DNA from: Octopus vulgaris
Taxonomy: Eukaryota
Assembly: GCA_951406725.2 (NCBI GenBank)
Contig: OX597817.1
Location: 157,108,001-157,172,000, forward strand
Length of the DNA stretch: 64,000 nucleotides
Reading direction: 5' to 3'
Position numbers and translations under genes: made by a program
In this document: positions 53,762 to 64,000 of the stretch, piece by piece
Layout of the letters: each line of letters begins with the position of its first letter
How positions within the stretch are numbered: the first letter of the stretch is position 1
Notes under the pieces: model-generated
Database searches by the model: none
Told to the model about the DNA's origin: nothing
Seen by the model: the letters and a program-made list of their open reading frames with translations, nothing else

Positions 53762-55421
53762 AAAGTACTAATAAGTAGAAAGGTAGACAATCCACAAATA
53801 TCTTCAGGAAGATGGCCCTGCTCGATCTGTAGAAAAGGTGTAGGTAGAAACTCTATAAGATGTACCCAGTGTAAGCTATGGACACATAAGAGGTGCAGCA
53901 ATGTCAAAGGTAGGCTAACTGGGAAGATAGTTTTTGTATGTGGCAGATGCTCGGGAGCATTAACCTCCGAAAATCTGCAGAAAACAACTTCCGTCACTTT
54001 CCAGGGGGAAAAACTAGAAGTAGTTGATAGCTTCCGTTATCTAGGTGACCAAGTCAGTAGTGGGGGTGGGTGCGCTGAAAGTGTAACTGCTAGAATAAGA
54101 ATAGCCTGGGCAAAGTTTAGGGAGCTCTTACCTCTGCTGGTGACTAAAGGCCTCTCGCTCAGAGTAAAAGGCAGACTGTATGATGCGTGTGTACGAACAG
54201 CCATGCTACATGGCAGCGAAACATGGGCCGTGACTGCTGAGGACATGCGTAAGCTCGTGAGGAATGAAGCCAGTATGCTCCGATGGATGTGTAATGTCAG
54301 TGTACATACTCGACAGAGCGTTAGCACCTTGAGAGAAATGTTGTACCTAAGAAGCATCAGTTGTGGTGTGCAAGAGAGACGATTGCGCTGGTATGGTCAT
54401 GTGGCGAGAATGGATGAAGATAGGTGTGTGAGAAAGTGCCAATCCCTAGCAGTTGAGGGAACCCGTGGAAGAGGTAGACCCAGGAAAACCTGGGACGAGG
54501 TGGTGAAGCACGACCTTCGAACTTTAGGCCTCACTGAGGAAATGACCAGAGACCGAGACCTTTGGAAATATTCTGTACGTGAGAAGACCAGGCAGGACAA
54601 GTGAGCCCAGCCCACTTATGAATGCCTTTCCTCCCTTGGACACAAAGACCGGTTGAGGCAAGCGAAGTCGATATAGAACCTCATCCGACGACAGACACCC
54701 ATGCCAACCCCCCATGCTTGCGAAGACATGTTGGGGCAAGCGAAATCGAAATCGAAACCGAATTGAACCAGCCAGGATCCCTGGCCTGGTGGTACGTAAA
54801 AAGCACTATCCGACTCGTGGCTGTGGCACGTAAAATACTCCAATGCGACCGTACGACAGGCACCCATGCCAACCCCCTTTGCTTGTGAAGACATGTTGGG
54901 GCAAGCGAAATCGAAATCGAATTGAACCAGCCAGGATCCCTGGTCTGATGGTACGTAAAAAGCACTATCCGACTCGTGGCCGTGGCACGTAAAATACTCC
55001 AATGCGACCGTACGACAGGCACCCTTGCCAACCCCCTTTGCTTGTGAAGACATGTTGGGGCAAGCGAAATCGAAATCGAATTGAACCAGCCAGGATCCCT
55101 GGTCTGGTGGTACGTAAAAAGCACTATCCGACTCGTGGCCGATGCCAGCACCGCCTCGACTGGCTTCCGTGCCGGTGGCACATAAAATACACCAATCTGA
55201 CCGTGGCCGTTGCCAGCCCCGCCTGGCACCTGTGCAGGTGGCACGTAAAAAGCACCCACTACACTCACGGAGTGGTTGGCGTTAGGAAGGGCATCCAGCT
55301 GTAGAAACATTGCCAAATTTAGACTGGAGCCTGGTGCAGCCTTCTGGCTTCCCAGAACCCCGGTCGAACCGTCCAACCCATGCTAGCATGGAGAACGGAC
55401 GTTAAACGACGATGATGATGA
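53757..55421 (+). mobile_element. 5'-truncated RTE-clade LINE with uninterrupted ORF remnant, structured 3' UTR and (GAT)n tail
   Basis: Open frame 53759-54604 (TKVLIS...FRYLG...LHGSETW...RLRWYGHVARM...RGRGRPRKTW). The 3' UTR ends catgctagcatggagaacggacgttaaacgacgatgatgatg. Both ends abut (TA)n. Confidence 0.93.
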
Positions 55422-55629
55422 TATATATATATATATATTGATAAAATGGTAAGACAACAAAAGAATGAAAGAGACTTTGATATTATGTAGATAGAGGAAT
55501 TGATCTGTAAATGTAATATGTGACAATTATTCGGAGTTTTATCATGGCTACCAAATAATTGTCACATATTACATTTACAGATATATATATGTATATATAT
55601 ATATATATATACACATATATACATACAGA

Positions 55630-56125
55630 ATAGCCTTTCATTAGGCTTATGAAAAGGTTTAAAGCTGTTAGATTCTAAACTTAGATTTATGTCTAAGAAA
55701 CTAATGTTGTTCAAGTTTTTATCTATCATGATTCTTTAGCCCATTCTTTGGAAGAATGCAATGAGATTCTTCCTAAGGCCATCAAGTTCATGCCCATTCA
55801 TATTGAAGGTGACTATAAGGCAATCATCCCTATATAATTCTGTGTTTAGTGAAGGAAATTCTATATTCAAATCGTATAAGATGTAAATTCCTGTTAACAT
55901 GTACGATTCTGTTGTCATATGCACCCATTGGTACATTGAATAAGAAGTCTCCATGCTTTTTGACCCAGGCTGATTTGTCAAAAAAAAAAAGTAGAGATTT
56001 CCTGGCATGCAAAATAATGTCAACATTGGAATTGCTAATAGATACGTACCCCTTAGCAAAATTTTGTGCTCTAAGGAGTAGGGGTCTGGATAAAGATGGG
56101 TAAAAGTCTACTCTATCAAACTGAG
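55630..56125 (-). mobile_element. Penelope-like (Neptune-type) RT fragment
   Basis: FDRVDFYPSL, FNVPMGAYD and LYRDDCL motifs in frameshifted minus-strand ORFs. Confidence 0.8.
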
Positions 56126-57722
56126 TATAGATACATACATACATACATACTCCCTCTCTTTTACTTTTTAACTTGTTTCAGTCATTTGACTGCGGCCATG
56201 CTGGAGCACTGCCTTTAGTTGACCAAATCGACCCCAGGACTTATTCTTTGTAAGCCTAGTACTTATTCTACTGGTCTCTTTTGCTGAACCGCTAAGTTAC
56301 GGGGGACGTAAATACACCAGCATTGGTTGTCAAGCGATGTTGGGGGGACAAACACAGACACACACGTACATATATACGACGGGCTTCTTTCTAACTAGAA
56401 ATATGTAACTTATGCTTTAGCCTTGGTTTGCATTTTTCACACATTTAGTTCAACTTATGAACCACATAAAACAGCTATACAACGACCTCACCTCTTACAC
56501 TCTCATTTTATGCCTATCTACGATATATCCTCTTATTTTATAACATTCCTAAAGGCTTTCAAGAATTTTCTATTTGAGACATTTCTCTTCCCGAATAAAT
56601 TTTCGGATTTAAAAAGTTTTACTATTTGGAACGTTTATAGATTTTAGAATTTTAGTTTCATAACTGTATTATTTTAATGATTAAAGGGAAGCAACTCTAC
56701 ATAAACTCATTTTGAATAGCTTTACGTAGGAGTGACTTTTCTCCTTCTCCAACTAAATAACAACCACAAAATAAACAAAAAGAGATTACAAAAATTGAAA
56801 AAGTTCAGTATAGTAATAGTATTTCTGCCTTTGCATATTATTAGGATCTTTTCGCTTTGACAGGCAGATTTTTAAAATAATTTCTTTGTAACAAAACACT
56901 TTTAAACTTCGTAAACTGGTAGAATGTGTATATAAAACATATTTTTCTCTTGGCTTTATTGAGAAAATTCTGTAGTTTGTAAGATATTTGGTCTTTAATT
57001 TCTTGCATTTCGGCAATTTCAACCAATCAATGACATCTATTGAGGTGAAAACGATTTCTGCCGTAATGTGTCAAAGAAATTATTTTAAAAATCTGCCAGT
57101 CAAAGCGAAAAGATCCTATTATTATGCATATATAAAAGACGAACTATAAAATTATGATACTTCTCTTTCAATTTTTATCTACAGACTAAATTGTTTTCTT
57201 TGTACGTCACATTCATTTTAACATTGATTTTCCTTGCTCATACGGGTTTCACATATTTACAAAATATAGAACCATTTTATGAGGTTTATTTACCTGACTT
57301 GAATTAAATCTCAAAACTGCTTCAAACAACTTTTGAATCTTCCACCAACATCTTTCAGCAATTTTTTCAATTATCATTCATCATATACTTCCATTATCTT
57401 ATTTCTTTACTACCCACAAGGGGCTACACACAGAGAGGACAGACAAACGGATTCAGTCGATTATATCGATCCCAGTGCGTAACTGGTACTTATTTAATCG
57501 ACCTCGAAAGGATGAAAGGCAAAGTCGACCTCGGCGGAATTTGAACTCAGAACGTAGTGGCAGGTGAAATACCGTGTCATGGGTGATAAAAAGTGATCCA
57601 TGTGTTTGCAAAGCTCTTTGCTGACTGCAATATCACTCCAGTGACATCAGTTGAATCTAAACAAAGAAAAATAAAATGGGTGACACAATACACTCATCAC
57701 TGTTCAGAATTTACACAGTTTA

Positions 57723-57941
57723 TGAGGGGTTGGGGCTGAAAAGTTTCTGGCTTTACGGGTATCATGAAAGGCCTGGTTTGAGGTCCAACTTTCTGAGTTG
57801 TTTTACAGGGCTTAGAAAAATTGAAGGACCACTGAAATAAGTGTGTGAGTCTGAGAGGGAAATATGTTCAATAAAATCATAATTAACTGATCCTCCTGTA
57901 TTTTCTTTCATCCAAAGCCAGGAACTTTTCAGCACCCTTTC
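57723..57941. mobile_element. mariner-type MITE
   Basis: Terminal inverted GCTGAAAAGTTTCTGGCTTT / AAAGCCAGGAACTTTTCAGC. Confidence 0.6.
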
Positions 57942-57989
57942 TATATTAATCTGTCTGTCTATCTGTCCTTTTATGAATACACACACACA

Positions 57990-58028
<39 letters not shown>

Positions 58029-58721
58029 TTAACGTCTGTGTTCCATGCTAGCATAGGTGGGATGCTACAAGAGCTGGTCATGCCAAAGTCTGCACCAGAT
58101 TTGTGACTGTTATGGTAGGATTTTTACAGCTGGATGCGTTTCTGAATGCCAACCACTTTACAGTGTGGACTGGATGCTTTTAAGTGGCAACTGCACTGAC
58201 AGGGTCACCAAGTACATGCAAGACAAAAACTTTTAAGAAGGGAGGAAGCATTGGAGGAGGTGATGATGAAAAGGTTATAGTAAGACAGATATAGGTGTTT
58301 TGCTGAAGAGGAAGTACAAGCATATATATATATATATAATCAATTAATATCGTTTTTGGATTTGCTGCAACGCAATGAAAATTTTAGGAAAATAGAAATA
58401 AGAAATAAGTGGAAATTTTACCGGTGAGTGCTTTACATTATAAGGCACAAAAAGAAAATGACTCTCCCCAGACACAACAGAATAATTAATTAATAATATC
58501 GGTAATAAAGATTTTAGAATATTTTACTACCAGTTGCCTAGCATATAAAAAAATTAGTCAATAGACTATATTTTATTCATATAAAATAAAGTGTACATTT
58601 AATCACATTAAGAGGTTTCCATCATAGGAATCTCGTATGCTAGAAAGAACAGCTAAAGTCCAAACCACTAATTAGGGATAAATTCTCAATGGGAATGAAA
58701 AATAAAAACATTTACCACCTA

Positions 58722-58782
58722 TTTCCTGGACCATGATTTCTGACTTATTTAGCAAATAAAATAATTTGCTAGGCGAAGTCTT

Positions 58783-58787
<5 letters not shown>
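58722..58787 (-). ncRNA. 5'-truncated hammerhead ribozyme of a second family
   Basis: Minus strand UGAUGA-A-GACUU..UAGCAAAU/AUUUGCUA..AAGUC-A-GAAA-UCAUGG-UC. C3 and the 5' strand of stem I are replaced by the (TA)n tract. Confidence 0.6.
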
Positions 58788-59485
<698 letters not shown>

Positions 59486-60097
59486 TAAATATATGAAATA
59501 TAACTTGTGTCTGTGACATAAAAAATTTATGACTAAAACAAATTCATACACGAAATGCAAGTTGACTTATTGAACAAATAAACTGCAGATTTGTTTGCAT
59601 TTGATAATATGTAAAACAAAAAATATAACAGTCATCGCAGTAAGTACTGCAAATGCTTCTCACACCACACACACACACACTTCAATATTGCACATAAACT
59701 TTCTCCAGAGTAAATGAGACAAACAAAACAAAACTAAACAGTAGAGTGTACTTTTGATCACAAACAAAACACATCAGATGATTGTAACACTTGTGTAAGT
59801 ACAACTTACTAATGTCACTGTTGTAAAGTAAACTCTGTTTGTTCATCTGCTGAATTTATTTATTGTTCATCCTTGAATTTTTGCCTCAATAAACCAACAA
59901 CAGCAATGGTGCTGTTGCAAATTCTGTTGTTAGTCTATCTGCCTTCTTGAATTCATTTTTTACTGCTTAATATTTAAACAACTGATTCGGTAATAATTAT
60001 TGAATGGCAACAACCTGAAAATGGTTTAATTGCTTGGAACAAGACTTCACAAAATTTGATAAATAAGCAAACAAGACAACTTTCACTTTTATTGTTA

Positions 60098-60134
60098 TCA
60101 CTACTACTATTACTACTGCTGTTACTACTACTAG

Positions 60135-60174
<40 letters not shown>

Positions 60175-60570
60175 GCTGCTGCTGCTGTTGCTGCTGCTGC
60201 TACCGCTAATGCTGCTGCTGTTGTTGTTAAGCAACAAGATGGGTAAGGGTGATTAGGTGATGGTCTAGGGCTTAGGGGCTAGAGACCTCAGACCTTGGCA
60301 AAAAAGAAAAAACTTTGGCCGTCTTGTTGTAGTCGAGGGCTCTTCGTTGACGCCTGACACCACTGGGAGGTGGCCCTCGAAGTCACTGGAAATGGAGACC
60401 TCCAGGTCCAAATTCTTGAACAGCTACTGCTGCTGCTACTACTACTCCACCTGCTGCCACTTCTTTTACTACTATTACTGGTGGCGCTGCTTCTACTACT
60501 ACTGCTGCTGTTGTTACTGCAACTGCTACTACTTCTACCATTACTACTGCTGCTACTGCTACTAATTATT
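60098..60570. repeat. (CTA/CTG)n trinucleotide microsatellite split by a retroposed element
   Basis: Visible repeat; source of the poly-Leu/poly-Ser ORFs. Confidence 0.9.
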
Positions 60571-61636
60571 ACTGATTCTTCAACTATTCAACATCAAAGG
60601 TTTTCACCATGTCTGATATACAAATCTCTTAAGAAAACTGGCCGCTTTTGGGATCCACCCATCTTTCATCTCTTGCATCTCTCTTCTCATTACCCTTCCT
60701 GTGTCCAGTCCCCAGACCCTGTAGTAAACCCTATGCTCAATTCTTTCTTCCCAGAGTATCAGATCTCCAGAATGCCCACTCTGCTAATGTTCTTCCCACA
60801 GGATTTAATTTCAAAGAGATACATTAATGGTATCAATGTCACTGGTCTGGAAAGGCCTGCAAAGGTTGTTCATGGGTTCTCTTAGATCACTGCTCCATTC
60901 CTTCAAACCCACCAAGTAAATACAAAGATCCATCTATCAATCCATCTCTGAGACAGGCTATGTCAGAGTGTATACTTGTGTTTCTACTTTTTTTATTATA
61001 ATTTTTGTACATATGGATTTTCCTTTCACTGATGAAGACCAACACTTAAATTCTTCATTATTTGGATGGCTTCTTATAAAAAAAATATCTAATCTAGGCG
61101 CAGGAGTGGCTGTGTGGTAAGTAGCTTGCTAACCAACCACATGGTTCCGGGTTCAGTCCCACTGCGTGGCATCTTGGGCAAGTGTCTTCTGCTATAGCCC
61201 TGGGCCGACCAATGCCTTGTGAGTGGATTTGGTAGACAGAAACTGAAAGAAGCCTGTCGTATATATGTATATATATATATGTATGTGTGTGTCTGTGTTT
61301 GTCCCCCTAGCATTGCTTGACAACCGATGCTGGTGTGTTTACGTCCCCGTCACTTAGCGGTTTGGCAAAAGAGACCGATAGAATAAGTACTGGGCTTACA
61401 AATAATAAGTCCCGGGGTCGAGTTGCTCGATTAAAGGCAGTGCTCCAGCATGACCGCAGTCAAATGACTGAAACAAGTAAAAGAGTAAAGAGTAATCAAC
61501 TCAATTTTGTTATTTTTAACATCATCCTGTCAGTTGCATGGACACCAGAAAGAGAGAACATCTCAAAGAATAGATTTTCAAGAGCAGTCAGAAATATTTT
61601 GAACGTTATACTCGTCATCATTGAAGATAAATAATA

Positions 61637-62390
61637 CCGTAAATCCTTGAGTATAATCCGCATTTTCCCCCCAAAAATTTTAAGGTCAAAATCCCTAGTG
61701 CGTACTACATCATCATCATCATTTAACGTCCGTTCTCCATGCTAGCATGGGTTGGACGGTTCGACCGGGGATCTGGGAGCCAGAAGGCTGCACCAGGCTC
61801 CAGTCTTATCTGGCAATGTTTCTACAGCTGGATGCCCTTCCTAACGCCAACCACTCCATGAGTGTAGTGGGTGCTTTTTACGTGCCACCGGCACAGGTGC
61901 CAGGCGAGGCTGGTACCTCAACAGGTCTTTGTGTCCAAGGGAGGAAAGGCATGCATAAGTGGTTAAAAATTATTTTCTAAGCAATATCCGAGTCTCTATT
62001 TGCCGTCTGGCAATGTTTATTCAGACGCATTTTGTGATGTCGGGCGTGAAAATACCTTAAGCTAAGCCTGAAAGCAATGAAGTCATAAAAGAATCAGCCA
62101 TAACTTGCTGTAAGCAACATTTATTAAACGTTATTACTGTTATTTCTTTATTTTCTGTAAAACAAAATGCACAAAAAAGCTACACATTTGCATTATGTTA
62201 TATGTACAATAATAATAAAGGACGTTACCATATACATTTTTACAAACCAAGGACGTTATATAGACCTCCTTGATTCAAGTTGGAGAAGGTGTGCGTATTA
62301 TACACAAGGTTTAGGTTTTTCAGGGGTACAGCCCCCTAAACATTCCCTGTATATTATACTCAAGGGCGGAATATACTCGAGGATTTACAG
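61637..62390. mobile_element. pogo-type MITE carrying an RTE 3' insertion
   Basis: TIRs CCGTAAATCCTTGAGTATA / TATACTCGAGGATTTACAG, TA on both sides. Confidence 0.75.
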
Positions 62391-63067
62391 TAGTTAACAA
62401 TTTAAACACATATTTTCTGGATTATTATCTTACTTTAGTATTTGAACCAAGAACAAGAAGAAAAAACAAAACAAAAACAATCCTTGAATACACATAATTA
62501 AGTACAAAACATATACGTGGTCTGATCAATAAGTATCCGGACTGTTGCCATAGTAACGAAGCTAAAGCATGCAAAGTAAAGCTGCTTGGCACAGATTGAC
62601 CTTGAACTCTGCTATGCATGTGCACTAAGTTTTAACATTCTAGCTGACTTCTGCTGTTTACAGCAGTGCTTGGAAGGAAGATGTGTAATGTGTGATTGTT
62701 GCATTGCCCATGATAAAAAATGTTGCGCAGAGAATCTGCATCAAATTTTGCCAAAGGCTTGGCAATACCTGCTCAGAGGCCTATGCAAAGTTTTCAAAAA
62801 GTTTTCATTGATCTTGACGCCATCAAGGAGATCTTGAGCAACTACACACACAAATACATATAAACCAACAAAGAGAAACATAGATCTATGAGATATAAGT
62901 ACATGTACACATATACGCATGTATGTATGTGTAGATGTATAGATGGATAGAAATATACCAGACTCAAGGAAAAAAAAATAAGCACCAAAGTTAATTAGCT
63001 GACTAAACCATTGAGGTGGTGCCCCAGCATGGCTACAGTCCAATGACTAAAACAAATCAAAGATAAA

Positions 63068-63447
63068 CTAGCACTATGACCCGGCACCACCGGGTCATAA
63101 TGCTAGTGCATGCATATACAGCTGCGTGCATGCACACATACATGCGATTACTGTCCAAATCGCCGGTCAGTCACATACAGTTAGCTGGCATTCAATTGGC
63201 GTATCAAGTTTCGGGCATTTTGATTGGGTTTTGAATAGAAAATTCACAAAAAAGTCACTTCTATTGATTTTTTAATGGCTTTGCGGGGTGACTGGGGAAA
63301 TGTAAAAATGTGCACGACCACCCTTGGACGGTTTTGAATGACCATAGAAAGTGCAAGCCCTCTAACTGAAAAATTGTGGATTTGTATAAAGGACACGCAT
63401 ACACATACACACACAGACAGACATTTTGCCGTTTATATATATAGAGA
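63068..63447 (-). mobile_element. Non-autonomous Helitron of another family
   Basis: Minus strand A|TCTCTATATATATAAACGG...CTAG|T with a terminal hairpin at 63067-63107. Confidence 0.75.
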
Positions 63448-63529
63448 TGATAAATGGTGCAATGGTATCAGTGCTCAAAATCTTTGCAGGGCCAACCAGC
63501 GTGGTGAGACTAAGGTAACTTATGTTGAA

Positions 63530-64000
63530 CTTGAACATCTGTAAGTTGATGTCAGCAGAAACTGCATTGGTGGGAGGGGAATTCCAGTGGATTAATGTCC
63601 TGGGGTGGATGTATAGAGTGACCAGTACAAATAATGCACCTGGAAATAATGACCTGTCAAGAATCAACGACTTGGAGGATGTATCTACTGCTCCCAGTTC
63701 TGCCACCTCAGATGAGGACCAAACATTCATCTTTGACGCCGATGGGATGACCAGCCCCGTTCCATATGTTACCAGGAGTGCCAATAGGACTACAAGTACT
63801 TCGTTCAAGAAACGTTTTCTTAACTACCAGTCATCCTTCAGAGTCCCAGAAAGACCGTTTGTCACGTCCCTGGCCCGCCATGGGTGGCACCTCAAAGATC
63901 AAGGGACCCTATGTGATGTCAGGTGGAAATGAATTGATTTTCCGGGCCCGTATATTAATGGAAGTGGCTGTTGCAAGATCTGCATTGTGGAGAAAACTAA
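63530..64000 (+). mobile_element. Penelope-like (Neptune-type) GIY-YIG endonuclease remnant
   Basis: TSFKKRFLNYQSSFR..TSLARHGWHLKDQG...VRWK*..PYINGSGCCKICIVEK resembles the PLE endonuclease C-terminus (FK.R..NH..SF, L..Y.W.LK, PY..G...C.LC..EK). Contains an in-frame stop. Confidence 0.7.

Noticed and set aside
60056-60885. Poly-Leu/Ser/Tyr-Cys ORFs and YIYI ORFs elsewhere
   Set aside because: Translations of microsatellites.
63362-63932. Overlapping 148-aa and 136-aa ORFs as a novel host gene
   Set aside because: The + frame matches a decayed PLE endonuclease; the - ORF is its antisense and runs into a Helitron.

Overview
AT-rich animal genomic DNA, most likely an octopus (inferred from the SINE/RTE repertoire; not verifiable here). 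Two spliced genes lie on the + strand. The first is the last four coding exons of MRTO4/Mrt4 (12991-13142, 14643-14719, 18650-18746, 24598-24650; upstream exons not found in the window). The second is an apparently complete 3-coding-exon, ~428-aa MFSD4/NaGLT1-like MFS transporter (46354-46419, 49675-49960, 52109-53043). The rest is mostly transposon material: several tRNA-derived SINE families, 5'-truncated RTE LINEs with (GAT)n tails, CR1 3' ends, Penelope-like element (PLE) remnants, mariner/maT/pogo relics, piggyBac-type and pogo-type MITEs, non-autonomous Helitrons and microsatellites. Almost all short ORFs in the track are repeat artefacts. The best hidden signal is a set of type I hammerhead ribozymes in short cassettes embedded in (TA)n tracts: one with an intact core (59043-59135, -), a diverged homolog with a compensatory stem change (40190-40282, +) and a truncated one of a second family (58722-58787, -). 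Inverted partial duplications typical of PLE/retrozyme-like retrotransposition accompany them. Also notable are an RTE ORF with a PHD-type finger inside the RT region and a variable tandem array of predicted pseudoknot modules in the RTE 3' UTR.
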